Positions 37,223-47,450 are shown, counted from the first letter of the stretch. The stretch: DNA of 64,000 bases from Elusimicrobiota bacterium (GCA_016212795.1 JACRDT010000004.1:23812-87811); one strand, 5' to 3'. A program made the numbers and translations. Notes: generated by a model not told the origin, from the letters alone.

Positions 37223-39183
37223 GGAAAGTGCTGCTGACGAGCATCTGCCGGCCCATCGGGGAACGCTACGGCGACGGCCCGAGCGTCGGCTACGAGCTGC
37301 TGCACGGGCAGGTGACGCGCAGCCAGGGCATCTTCAGCCCGCGGGCCAACCACCTCCAGTACTCCCTCGAGTACATCGCCGAGAACATCGAGACCCCCGC
37401 CGTGGTCCTCCACTACCCCTCCAAGTCCGAGCTCATCGGCGAGCTCGAGAAGGGCTACGACTTCGTGGGCGTCCCGTTCGTGCTGTCGACCTTCCACCGG
37501 ATGAAAGAGACCGTCGCCCTGGTCCGCCGGCACGCCCCGGCGAGCAGGATCGTGCTCGGCGGCTACGGCACGGTCCTGGGCCCGGAAGTCCTCCAGGCCT
37601 ACGGCGACCACATCTGCCGCGAGGAAGGCGTGGGCTTCATGCGCCGCCTGCTCGGCGAGCCGGAACTCCCCGTCGCCGAGCACCGGCATCCCCTGGTCAC
37701 CAGCCGCATGAAAGTCTTCTCGGTCCCGGTGAGCAACACGGGGCTGATCTTCGGCGGGCTGGGCTGCCCGCACGGGTGCGACTTCTGCTGCACCTCGCAT
37801 TTCTACAAGCGCAAGCACATCCGGCTCCTGCCCACCGGCCGCGACGTCTACGCCGTCATGGAGCGCTACCTCGACCACGACCCGGCCATGGCCTTCGTCA
37901 TCCTCGACGAGGACTTCCTCATCAACAAGCAGCGCGCCATGGAGTTCCGGGACTGCGTCATCAAGGGCGGCCGGGCCGTCTCCCTGTTCGTCTTCGGGAG
38001 CGTGAAGGCCCTCAGCCAGTTCGAGGTCTCGGAGCTCCTCGAGATGGGCGTCGACGGCGTCTGGATCGGCTACGAGGGGACGCGCTCCGGCTACGCCAAG
38101 AGGGAAGGCAAGCCCGCCGAGGCTCTCATGGCGGAGCTCCGGGACAACGGGATCATGGTGCTGGCCTCCATGATCCTGGGCTTCGACTACCAGGACAAGG
38201 AGACCATCCGCCGGGAATTCGACGGCCTGATGGCCTTGAAGCCGAGCCTCTCGCAGTTCCTGATCTACGGGCCCACCCCGGGGACCCCCTTCTACGACCG
38301 GGTGGTGGCGGAGAACCGTTTCCGGGAGGAGTTCCGCGACGATCTGGACTCCTATTGCCATAGCGCCTCCGGGTTCACGTGCATGGTCAAGCATCCGACC
38401 ATGAGCTACGAGGACATCGAGTCGCTCCAGCGCTGGTGCTTCGACGAGGACTTTCAAAGGCTGGGGCCGAGCATCTACCGGGTCGTGGAGACCTACCTGA
38501 ACGGGTACCGCCGCCACAAGGACTCGCCCAACCCCATCCTCAGGGACAAGGCGGCCCGGTTCGCCGCGGACATCCGCCGCGCCTACCCCATCTTCCTGGC
38601 GGGGCGCCTCCTCGGGCCCAACGCGCGGGTCCGGGACTGGGTCGCCAGGCTCGAGCGCGAGCTCCACGACTGCCTGGGCCGGCCGACCCTCAAGGAGCGG
38701 CTCTTGTCGGCGGCCTCGGTGGGGGCGGCGCTCTGGACGGCGGCGGCGCTCAAGCTCAACGTCATGCAGCACCCCGAGCTCACGCGCTCGGCCTACCGCA
38801 TGCCCCAGGAGGATTGGAAGGACTTCCATCTCTGGGAGTCCCTGCCCAAGAAGCTCTCGTGCCCCGAGTTCGACGTGCGCGTCGAGCTCGAGCATGCCCG
38901 CCGGCGCGTCTGGCTGAGGCTCGAGGGCAAGCTCGCGGGCTCCAACGCGGAGAAGCTCTGGCAGCAGCTCAGCGAGCTCCTGGCCCAGCGCAAGACCCGC
39001 CTGGTGCTGGATTTCAAGAAGCTGCAGGCGTCGGAGGGCCCGGCCGTCGCGGCCTTGAGGGAGAAGCTGGCCGCCTATCGCGACCGGGTGCGCCTGGTCA
39101 TGCCCAAGCTCGCCCACGCCCACCCGGAAGTCCTCATCCTGGCGAAGATCTTCCACCAGTACAAGGCGGGGGGAGGGTTCTAA
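37219..39183 (+). CDS. Cobalamin-binding-type radical SAM protein with C-terminal STAS-like domain
   Basis: GTG37219; IVLGGYG, GCPHGCDFC, DEDF, GPTPGTP; tail WLRLEGKL...RLVLDFKKL resembles STAS. Confidence 0.78.
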   Translation: MRKVLLTSICRPIGERYGDGPSVGYELLHGQVTRSQGIFSPRANHLQYSLEYIAENIETPAVVLHYPSKSELIGELEKGYDFVGVPFVLSTFHRMKETVALVRRHAPASRIVLGGYGTVLGPEVLQAYGDHICREEGVGFMRRLLGEPELPVAEHRHPLVTSRMKVFSVPVSNTGLIFGGLGCPHGCDFCCTSHFYKRKHIRLLPTGRDVYAVMERYLDHDPAMAFVILDEDFLINKQRAMEFRDCVIKGGRAVSLFVFGSVKALSQFEVSELLEMGVDGVWIGYEGTRSGYAKREGKPAEALMAELRDNGIMVLASMILGFDYQDKETIRREFDGLMALKPSLSQFLIYGPTPGTPFYDRVVAENRFREEFRDDLDSYCHSASGFTCMVKHPTMSYEDIESLQRWCFDEDFQRLGPSIYRVVETYLNGYRRHKDSPNPILRDKAARFAADIRRAYPIFLAGRLLGPNARVRDWVARLERELHDCLGRPTLKERLLSAASVGAALWTAAALKLNVMQHPELTRSAYRMPQEDWKDFHLWESLPKKLSCPEFDVRVELEHARRRVWLRLEGKLAGSNAEKLWQQLSELLAQRKTRLVLDFKKLQASEGPAVAALREKLAAYRDRVRLVMPKLAHAHPEVLILAKIFHQYKAGGGF

Positions 39184-39184
39184 C

Positions 39185-39562
39185 CTGGCCAAGAGCATCC
39201 TCGTCGCCGACGACGACTTCACCGTGCTCCAACTGCTGCTGGAGCATTACCGGGGGCTCGGCTACCGGGTCCATGCCGCGCCGGACGGCCTGCAGCTCGG
39301 GATCATCGCCGCCAACGTCAAGCCAGACCTCATCATCGCCGACATCGTCATGCCCGCCGCCGGCGGCGTGTGCGCCTACGCGCGGTTGAGGTCCCTGTCG
39401 GTCACCGCGTCCGTCCCGGTGATCTTCCTGACGGGCCTTCCCCTCGACGAGGCCGCCAAGATCGTGCCCAAGGGGGAGAACGTCATGCTCCTGAGCAAGA
39501 TGGACTCGATCTTCCAGAAGCTCGACGAGGCCGTCCGGTCGATGGTCGGTCCCGCGGAATAA
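39185..39562 (+). CDS. Single-domain response regulator (receiver)
   Basis: AKSILVADDD, PDLIIADIVMP, PVIFLTG; the full REC domain needs a CTG start at 39185. Confidence 0.8.
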   Translation: MAKSILVADDDFTVLQLLLEHYRGLGYRVHAAPDGLQLGIIAANVKPDLIIADIVMPAAGGVCAYARLRSLSVTASVPVIFLTGLPLDEAAKIVPKGENVMLLSKMDSIFQKLDEAVRSMVGPAE

Positions 39563-39574
39563 CGAGCGGAGACG

Positions 39575-42500
39575 TCAGAACCGGGCCCCCAGGCTTATCC
39601 TGTGGCTGTTGCCCAGGCCCCCGAAGGGGGTCATGGAGTAATCCAGCCCGATCCCGTAGGCCTTGACCCCGAACCCCGCGGCCAAGCCCGCCAGGTCGTT
39701 GGCCTTGGTCGAGCCAGACATCGCCCCGTGGCTCGACGCATAGCCTGCCCTCAACGCCAAGTTCGATCCCAGGCTGTACTCCGTGCCCATGCCCACCTCC
39801 GCTGTCTTGGCGTAGGGCCTGGTCTTGACGTCGAGCCCCAGGGTGACTCCCAGGCCCGGACAGGTGTAGGATGCCATGGATACCGCCGCCTGGCTTTGAA
39901 CTCCCGTGAAGCCCCTCACCCTGCCTTCCACCTTCAGGCTCGCGCCGGCGGACTCGGGGACGGCCACCTCCACGGGGTCGAACAAGAAGCCCGTTCCGGG
40001 CTCGATGACCGCGTAATACGTGAGCTTGTCGTTCTCGACCCGGCCGACCACCCCGTTGCCCGTCTGCGCAAGCCCCGCTTGGGAGAGCACCATCCCTTCC
40101 AGGGTCTTCAAGGACGCCGTGACCTCGTCCGTCGCCGTGGGAGTCAACCCCTCCGCCACCGCCGTCTTCACCTCCAAAGGCGCCGAACCCCGGTTGTTGA
40201 ACCTCACCCGCACCTTGGCCAGAGCTCCACGGATGAGCGACTCCGCGAACGCCTCCACCACGGGACCAACCGGGTCGCGCACGGAAAGCGCCATGCTCTT
40301 GACCAAGACCGCGGAGGTCCCGTCCTCGCTGGGCAGCCTCACCGAGACTTTCAGGCTGGCCTGCGCCCCCAGGCCCGTGCTCACCCAAACCGCGGCAGAG
40401 ACCTCCCGGCTGCCCCCGGAATCCACGGAGCTGTCCGACGCCTCGGCCCGGCCCGCCGCTTGGCCGTTGGCCGAAAGCTCAAGAACCGTCGGACCCAGGA
40501 TCCGGGCCTGCGAATCCTTGTTGATGAGCGAGACCCGGATCGTGTCCGCAAAGCCCCTGGTCAGGGCCTCCTGTCCGTCCAGCGATATTCCATACCCGGC
40601 CAAAGACACGCCTATGGGCGGGACCGTGACCCTGGCCCGCGGCCCCGCCTGCCCCACCCTGTCCACCGCGGCCACCTCGTAGACGTGAGCCGCGTCCGCC
40701 GAGTAGCCCGGATCGCGGAAGGTCAAGGCGGGCTCCAGGCTGGAGCTGATCCGGTTGCCGTCGCGGTACACCCGGTAGGCCAGGACGTCGGACTCGGGCT
40801 TGGTCCAGGAGAGATCCGCCCCGGCGCCTTCCTCGACGCGAATGGACAAATCCTTCGGCTCCCGCGGCGCGCTGTCCAGGACAAACGACACGGACCTCGT
40901 GGCCGTGTTCCCGGCGCGGTCCGTGGCGCTGGCAAGCAAAACATAGGACCCGTCCACGTCCACCCTGTCGCCGGAACTGAACGCCGCGGCCGTCTGAAGG
41001 GTTAGGTTCTCAAGCACATGGCCGGTCGTGAACGGGCTCAAATCCGTGACCGCGATCACGGCCGAGAAGGACGAATGCAGCAAGGAGCCCTCCTCGACGC
41101 CGCTCAGCGCTATTCGCGGCGGGGTCTTGTCGATCGTGAACGCCACGGTCCTCTGCGAGGCATGCCCTCCGGTGTCAGCGGCCCCGACCAACAGGGTATG
41201 GGCTCCCTCGGCGGATACTCCCGATCCGGAGGTGAACGGAGCCCCGTCGAGCGAAGCGGCCAGCGACCCGGCGTCCAGATTGAGGTCGAAAGCCTGGAAA
41301 GAGGGGAACACGTCCTGCCTGTAGAATCCTCCATCGGAAACACCCGTTAGCTCTATCCGGGGGGCCGCGTTCTCGAAGAGGATATCGAACTGGTTTGAAA
41401 GGCCGCTCTCGTTTCCAGCCGCGTCCTTGGCCGTGACCGCGTAGTAATAAAGGCCGTCCTCCGCGGGCAGGTCGAGGAACGGCGGGAAGGCGGCTTGGAA
41501 GGCTGGCCCGGCGGTTCCAACGATGGGGGAGGTCGCACGAAAGACCCGGAACAGCGAGGCGGCTTCTCCCAGGCCGGGAGCCCAGCCAAGCTCGATCACG
41601 TCCCGGCCATCAACCGTCTTGGTCGAGGCAGCAAGGTCGAACGGCGCCGCTGGGAGAGTCCGGTCGGCCGTCGCGCTCGCGGCGCTCGTCGGCGGCCCCT
41701 CGTTGCCCGCCCAGTCGACGGCCGTGACCTCATAGGAATGTCGCGCTTCAGTCGGGGAATCAAGGAAGCCGGCGCTTGCGTCCACAGCCGGCGCGACAGA
41801 CGTCAGCCTCGCCCCATCCCTATAGACGAAGTACCGGGCCGGCCTTTCGCCTGAAGGGGCGCTCCAACCAAGCTCGATGACGCCGCCGGGCCGGGCAAGG
41901 GCCTCGAAGTCGCGCGGCGCAGCGGGGGGAGCCGTGTCGATGACGAAGAACGTCGCTCCGCCGGACAAGGCAGTACTGATGTTGCCCGCCGAATCCTGGG
42001 CCCAATAACCGATATTCGCCTGGCCGTCGCCGGTTCCCGCGGTGATCGAGAGCGACCCGGTCCAAAGATTGCCTGAGCCGGCGGAAACGAGGCCTATGGG
42101 TATCGCCGGCTGGCCGAACGGGGTCACGGATAACGTCGGCGTCGTAACCGCCGGTTCGTCAAGCGACAGACTGATGTCCTGGGTCCCGGCGGCGGCCAGG
42201 CCGCTCGACAGGGCAACGGTCCCGGCAGGCCCCCGCGTGTGTAGAGCGACGGTTCCGCCCTCGATGACGTCGGTGCCGACGTTGCCCACGAAATCCGAGC
42301 CCTGGAACGTGAAGGCCGCGCGGTCCGAATTGATGGAGGCCGCGACCGTGACCGTCCCCTGCCAAAGGGCCGGCTCCATGGCGGAAAGGCCGACCAGCGC
42401 GGGCGTCCGACCCTCGGGCGTGAAGGTAAGGATGGGCGGCGTGGCCAGGACCTCGGACAGGCTCAAATGCACCAGATGCAGCCCGGGAACGAGGGGTGCA

Positions 42501-45500
42501 ACGGACTGCGGCAAGAGTATGGAGGCGCTCGGGGCAGCGCGATCTGCCACCGCGGGCGCCGCCTCGGAGAGAACCCCCTCGTTCATCGCAGCGTCCACGG
42601 CCGTGATGCCGTAGAAATACAGCCCGTCCTCGGGTGTCGAGTCAGTGAACTCTTCGGCGCCCACGTCGGCCGCGCGAAGAGCCAGGCTCGGAGCGCTTCC
42701 CGGCGCAAGGCCCGTTTCCTGGGTGCTGCGGTAGACCCGGTAGAAGGCCGGGACCTCGCCCGAAGGCGGGAGCCACGTCAGGAGGATCCTGCCTGAACCA
42801 AGGGCTTGCGCGGTGGGATATTGCGGGACTCCCGGCGGGCCGAAATCCAGGATGACGTTGATCGGGCTGGCTGGCGGGCTGGACCCCCTGCGATCCGAGG
42901 CCGCGGCCGTGAGCAGGACGGCGCCTTCCGCCGGCAGGAAGACCGCCGCGAGCGTGAATTGCCCTTGGCTGGAGGCCGTCGCGCCGCCCGCGGCGACGCC
43001 GTTCACGAATACGTCGACCTTGACGCCGGGCTCGGCCGTGCCGGCCGCCATGATGACGGCGCTCGACGTCGTGAAGTTCTGGGCCGGCGACGTGATGACG
43101 GGCGAGGCCGGCGGGAAATAGTTGACCATGACCGGCACCGAGGCCGTTGCCGAGTTGCCGCCCGCGTCCGTCGCCCTGACGGCCAGCGTGTGCGGACCGT
43201 CCGAGAAGGCGGAAACGTCGAAGATGATGGAAGACGGCCAAGCCGCCGGGGCGCCTGCCGGGACTCCATCCACCAGCAGGGCCACCTGGACGATCGCGAC
43301 GTTGTCGGTCGCGTCGGCCGTCACGGCCCTGGGCCGGGAGATGATCGAGCCTGGGGCGAGGTCGATGGCTGCGATATGGGGCGGCACGAAATCCAGGACG
43401 ACATTGTTTGACGGCCCCGAGATGTTTCCGGCCCGGTCTTGGGAGAGGACCATGGCATAGAACGCCTGCGTGGCGCTTCCGGCTACGGTGAATGCGACGG
43501 TCGCTCCCAGGCTCACCGAGCTTGGGATCGTGTAAGACGACGTCTCGGCGTCGAAACCGCCCGTGCTCGACACATAGAGGATATAGCGCGCCACGCCGCT
43601 GAAATCATCCTGCGAAGCGGTCCAAGCCAGCTCGGCCTCCAGGCGGTCGGGGTAGGAGGAGACGACGCGCAGATCCTGGATGGGCGCGGGAGCGAAGAAA
43701 TCGGCGGCCAATATCACGCCGGCGGATGGCGCGCCTTCAAGGCTCGCGATGTTGACTCCGGCGACCCGGTAGTAGTAGGTGCCGGACTGGCTGAGGGAAT
43801 CAATAAGGGAAAGCCCGGAGGTGCTGTAGACAAGCTGGAACGGACCTCCCTCGTTGCCCAAGCTGCGGTAGATATTGAAGGAAACCGCAGGCACGCCGGT
43901 CGCGGCCGGCTCCCAAGAGAGGGCCACAGCGCGGTTCGGGATGTCCAGGACGGCGGCTGCGTTGATAGGCGGGTCCGGCGGCGCCGGGATCGACACCCAG
44001 ACCGTTCCGGATGGAGCGCCTTCCAGCCCGTGATCGTTGGTCCCGCTCACCTGATAATAGTAGGTGCCGGGCTGACTGAGAGAATCCAGGTGGGACGTCC
44101 CGGCCGTCATGCGGATGAGTTGGAAAGAACCCGGTTCGCCGGCCGTGCTGCGGTAGACGTTGAAAGAGACCGCCGGGGTTCCCGTGGAAGCCGGCCGCCA
44201 CGTCAGGGAGACCGATCTCGCGGGCAGGTCAATGTCGGCCGCAAGGTCCCTCGGCGGCTCGGGCGGCCTGGGCCAGGTGGCTGTCGAGCCTGTCTGGGAG
44301 AAATCCGTTGGAACCTGGTCGCGATTGAAGGCGCGGACCATGGCAAAGTAGGTCGTGCCTGCATCGAGGCCCGTTGACAGGGCCTCGGTCAGGACAGTCT
44401 CGAACGGGGAGGTCGAGAGCAAAGTCTCGAAATCGTCCGTGGACAGGTAGAGCGCGTAGAGGGTCTGCACGGCAGGGTTGCCGTTGGCCTCCCAGGCCCA
44501 GTTGACGCGGTCGATGCCCGTCATGTCGGCTGCCGGCTTGCCGGGCACGGCAGCCAGGGTGGCCAGGGTATAGGGCAGGCAGGTTCTTGCGCTCTCGCCG
44601 TATTCGTTGGAGGCCGAGACGCAGGCAGAGTAGTTGGTGTTGGTCGATAGACCCATCGAAACGTACGAGTTGGTCGAGACCGCCGCGACCCGGGGGCCTT
44701 CGGAAGACTCGTGGACCGTGTAGCCGGCCGCGCCGGCGACCAAGTCCCAAGTCCAGGCCATGGACGAGGTCCCAAGAGCCGAGCCGTTCAGGTTGGAGGG
44801 AGTCCCCGGAAGCAGGGTCTCGGCCGTCGGGCCGGCCCAGGTGAAGTCCACCGTGGAAGGCGGGTCTTGCGCGAGGGTCACGAAATCTCGGGCTCGAATG
44901 TGGAGGCGGTATTGACGGCCGTGCGCCAGATACCCGGCCAGGCCGCCCAGTTGCCAGCCGCCCCCCGCGCCCGTGCTCAGGTCGGCCGTCCAAGAAAACG
45001 CGCTCGGCTTGCCCGAAGCGTCCAACCCGACGCCCCCGTAGAGAGGTGTCGCGGTCGTGGCGATCCAGACCCGTGCCCGCGGGTCCCACCATTTGCCCGA
45101 GGTGAGGTCCTGGGCGGCCATGTCGGCGGACGGTTCGGCTCCTATGTTATCGCTCGTGGTCCCCGCCACGGTCGAAAGGGCCGTGATCGTGGAGCCCGCG
45201 ACCGGGAACGTGAAAGCGGCGGCCGGCGGTTCGTTGTCGAGCGCCAGGGAGAAGTCGATGCCCGAAACGCTTCCGCCCTCGGATACCGGCGCTTTGGCGT
45301 AGTCCTGGTAAATGCCCAGCGCGGTCGCGGGTGTGGGCTGGACCTGCATGTCGCCGGCCAAAGCGCCTACCATGAAGTCGTTGGGCGCCGGAACCTGCAT
45401 GGAGTATTCCAGCGTGGTCCCGCCGGTCGAAACATAGGACGCCATGGTGAAGGTGTCCATGCGGAACATGTCGGTCGAGGCGAAGACCGTGACCGTCGAA

Positions 45501-45709
45501 CCCGCGGGGAACCCCGCAGGGCAAGTCAGCGTTCCGGAGATGGACCCTGTAGAGGCCCAGGCAGATGGGACGGCGAGCATGAGAACGGCGAGAAGGCGCA
45601 ACATGCGAGGAGGCGGGCAATCCGGGGATGAAGCTGTTTTCGAAGGGCGGCAGGAAAGCCGGGGGATGCGGGTCTCGGCAGGCCCTTTCTCGGTGTTCAA
45701 GTGATTCAC
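39575..45709 (-). CDS. Giant secreted FN3/Ig-repeat surface protein ending in a PorV/PorQ-like barrel fragment
   Basis: Signal peptide at M45604 (alternative start); many FN3 (LSW...YRS...YYY.V) and Big (D.TPP) units; tail LALRAGY...LDYSMTPFGGLGNSHRISLGARF. Confidence 0.85.
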   Translation of the reverse strand: MNHLNTEKGPAETRIPRLSCRPSKTASSPDCPPPRMLRLLAVLMLAVPSAWASTGSISGTLTCPAGFPAGSTVTVFASTDMFRMDTFTMASYVSTGGTTLEYSMQVPAPNDFMVGALAGDMQVQPTPATALGIYQDYAKAPVSEGGSVSGIDFSLALDNEPPAAAFTFPVAGSTITALSTVAGTTSDNIGAEPSADMAAQDLTSGKWWDPRARVWIATTATPLYGGVGLDASGKPSAFSWTADLSTGAGGGWQLGGLAGYLAHGRQYRLHIRARDFVTLAQDPPSTVDFTWAGPTAETLLPGTPSNLNGSALGTSSMAWTWDLVAGAAGYTVHESSEGPRVAAVSTNSYVSMGLSTNTNYSACVSASNEYGESARTCLPYTLATLAAVPGKPAADMTGIDRVNWAWEANGNPAVQTLYALYLSTDDFETLLSTSPFETVLTEALSTGLDAGTTYFAMVRAFNRDQVPTDFSQTGSTATWPRPPEPPRDLAADIDLPARSVSLTWRPASTGTPAVSFNVYRSTAGEPGSFQLIRMTAGTSHLDSLSQPGTYYYQVSGTNDHGLEGAPSGTVWVSIPAPPDPPINAAAVLDIPNRAVALSWEPAATGVPAVSFNIYRSLGNEGGPFQLVYSTSGLSLIDSLSQSGTYYYRVAGVNIASLEGAPSAGVILAADFFAPAPIQDLRVVSSYPDRLEAELAWTASQDDFSGVARYILYVSSTGGFDAETSSYTIPSSVSLGATVAFTVAGSATQAFYAMVLSQDRAGNISGPSNNVVLDFVPPHIAAIDLAPGSIISRPRAVTADATDNVAIVQVALLVDGVPAGAPAAWPSSIIFDVSAFSDGPHTLAVRATDAGGNSATASVPVMVNYFPPASPVITSPAQNFTTSSAVIMAAGTAEPGVKVDVFVNGVAAGGATASSQGQFTLAAVFLPAEGAVLLTAAASDRRGSSPPASPINVILDFGPPGVPQYPTAQALGSGRILLTWLPPSGEVPAFYRVYRSTQETGLAPGSAPSLALRAADVGAEEFTDSTPEDGLYFYGITAVDAAMNEGVLSEAAPAVADRAAPSASILLPQSVAPLVPGLHLVHLSLSEVLATPPILTFTPEGRTPALVGLSAMEPALWQGTVTVAASINSDRAAFTFQGSDFVGNVGTDVIEGGTVALHTRGPAGTVALSSGLAAAGTQDISLSLDEPAVTTPTLSVTPFGQPAIPIGLVSAGSGNLWTGSLSITAGTGDGQANIGYWAQDSAGNISTALSGGATFFVIDTAPPAAPRDFEALARPGGVIELGWSAPSGERPARYFVYRDGARLTSVAPAVDASAGFLDSPTEARHSYEVTAVDWAGNEGPPTSAASATADRTLPAAPFDLAASTKTVDGRDVIELGWAPGLGEAASLFRVFRATSPIVGTAGPAFQAAFPPFLDLPAEDGLYYYAVTAKDAAGNESGLSNQFDILFENAAPRIELTGVSDGGFYRQDVFPSFQAFDLNLDAGSLAASLDGAPFTSGSGVSAEGAHTLLVGAADTGGHASQRTVAFTIDKTPPRIALSGVEEGSLLHSSFSAVIAVTDLSPFTTGHVLENLTLQTAAAFSSGDRVDVDGSYVLLASATDRAGNTATRSVSFVLDSAPREPKDLSIRVEEGAGADLSWTKPESDVLAYRVYRDGNRISSSLEPALTFRDPGYSADAAHVYEVAAVDRVGQAGPRARVTVPPIGVSLAGYGISLDGQEALTRGFADTIRVSLINKDSQARILGPTVLELSANGQAAGRAEASDSSVDSGGSREVSAAVWVSTGLGAQASLKVSVRLPSEDGTSAVLVKSMALSVRDPVGPVVEAFAESLIRGALAKVRVRFNNRGSAPLEVKTAVAEGLTPTATDEVTASLKTLEGMVLSQAGLAQTGNGVVGRVENDKLTYYAVIEPGTGFLFDPVEVAVPESAGASLKVEGRVRGFTGVQSQAAVSMASYTCPGLGVTLGLDVKTRPYAKTAEVGMGTEYSLGSNLALRAGYASSHGAMSGSTKANDLAGLAAGFGVKAYGIGLDYSMTPFGGLGNSHRISLGARF

Positions 45710-45821
45710 GAACGACCGGCTCGGCGCAAGGCCATATTACTATGTCCTTGCGGCATGCATCAATACGTAGGAATACGAATGGACCCGGGTAGAATCACGG
45801 CATGGTGCGCGGCCGTCATCG

Positions 45822-47450
45822 TCAATCAGCGGCGACGAGCATGACGATGACGTAGGATCCGCCGCCGCGCGGGTCGGGGCGGAACGCGGCGCCCGCGGCC
45901 CAGGCTCTCGGGGCCGGTTCGGACGCCTGGGCCGGCAGCACGAAATCCTCGGGGTCGGGCACGAGCTGCAGGCTGGCATGGACGGACCCCCGCCACTGCG
46001 CGGCCTCGACGGCCGAGCGCAGGTCGGTGTCGAGGACGGCGATCTCGGACCCGGCGGGGGCGGCGAGGGCTTTCTCCGCCAGGGCCTTGGCGGCCCGCAG
46101 GAGCTGGGGGGGGATTTCGGCCGCGGGCATGGAGAGCCTCAGGCGTTCGTTGCCCACCTTCTCGGCCAGCTCCTGTTCGACCGCCTCGGGAGACAGGAGG
46201 CGCTGCGGGACCGAGAGCTCCTCGGCCACGAAGAAATCGGGCTTCGAGCCTCCGGGTTCGACCGACGCCCCGATGCCGGCGTGCGTGTAGCGCAGGTCCA
46301 GCATGGCCGCCCGATGCGCGGGGCTGGCCATCAGGGCCTGGTGGGCGTCCCAGACCGTCTCGCCTGAGGCGAGGACCTCGCCCAGGGCGCGCGCCGCGTA
46401 CCCGGCCTCCTGGGCCCGCTCCGCCGGCCCCCGGCCGTCGGGGGAGAGGTGGGCCAGCTTGTTCATGCCGCGCAGCTCGCCGCTCCAGCGCCGCGCCACC
46501 TGGGCCAGCGCCGGGTCGGGCGCCACGGGCGGCAGGCCGCGCCGGCCGCGCTCCTGGGTGAGGAGGACGAGGAGGGCGCTTTCCGCCTCGTCCGCCGAGG
46601 AGGCCTTGATGTTCTGGACCGCGGGCCGCACGACGCGGTCGGGCACGGGGACGCCCGCGTTCACTTGGAAGAGCGCCAGGACCTTGGGGCCGTCGGCGCC
46701 GTCCGCCATGACCTCGATCCAGTACAGGCCTTTCTCGGCCGGCTGGAAATACGAGAAGAAGCGCCCGTTGGGAAGGACGTTGGCGGGTCCGGGCGCGGGG
46801 TCGTTGAAGACCGGGAGGCTCTCGATCGCGCCGCCCGTCCTCATGGAGAAGACCCGCGGCGACCGGAACCCGCCGGCGATCTCGAAGGCGAGCTTGGCGA
46901 GAGACCCCGGTTCGACGCGGCGCGCCACGCGCTCGAGCCGCACCCCCCGCTCCACGCCCAGCAGGACCCAGGCCGACCGCAGCCAGCCCTGGGAGGCGCG
47001 GCCCACGCCGAAGCGGTCCGCGCGGCGCTGCTGGAACTCGCGAGCGACGCTGTCCAGGAAGGCGCCCGGGCCCCACCCCGAGGTGCAGGCGATGATGGAG
47101 TCCGCGCCCAGCTCGGGGCAGCCCGCGTGCTGGAGCGCGGCCTCCTCGACCCACTGGGGCCAGTACTCGCAGCGCTCTCCGAGGTGGGCCGCCAGGAGCC
47201 CGGCGGCACGCTCCAGGCAGGCGTCCGGCGCCGGCGGCTTGCTGACCGCCCGGCCGAGCCGCTCCAGCGTCACCCGGGTCCAGCGGCCCGGCTGGCCCGG
47301 GTCGTCGGCGTAGGCCTCGGCCGCGGGGCCGGGGAATCTCAGCTCCTGGGGGTCCTGCTGGCGTCCCGGGCCGCACCCCGCGGAAAGCAGGGCGAGCAGG
47401 CACGCCAGCCAGAGCCTGCCCCAAGACCTCATCGGGAGGGTTCGGCCCAT
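45822..47450 (-). CDS. CAP/SCP-domain lipoprotein
   Basis: Lipobox LSAGC; ERGRRGLPP..DPAL, H.SPDG, GEVLA, LMASPAHRAAML...THAGIG. Confidence 0.8.
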   Translation of the reverse strand: MGRTLPMRSWGRLWLACLLALLSAGCGPGRQQDPQELRFPGPAAEAYADDPGQPGRWTRVTLERLGRAVSKPPAPDACLERAAGLLAAHLGERCEYWPQWVEEAALQHAGCPELGADSIIACTSGWGPGAFLDSVAREFQQRRADRFGVGRASQGWLRSAWVLLGVERGVRLERVARRVEPGSLAKLAFEIAGGFRSPRVFSMRTGGAIESLPVFNDPAPGPANVLPNGRFFSYFQPAEKGLYWIEVMADGADGPKVLALFQVNAGVPVPDRVVRPAVQNIKASSADEAESALLVLLTQERGRRGLPPVAPDPALAQVARRWSGELRGMNKLAHLSPDGRGPAERAQEAGYAARALGEVLASGETVWDAHQALMASPAHRAAMLDLRYTHAGIGASVEPGGSKPDFFVAEELSVPQRLLSPEAVEQELAEKVGNERLRLSMPAAEIPPQLLRAAKALAEKALAAPAGSEIAVLDTDLRSAVEAAQWRGSVHASLQLVPDPEDFVLPAQASEPAPRAWAAGAAFRPDPRGGGSYVIVMLVAAD

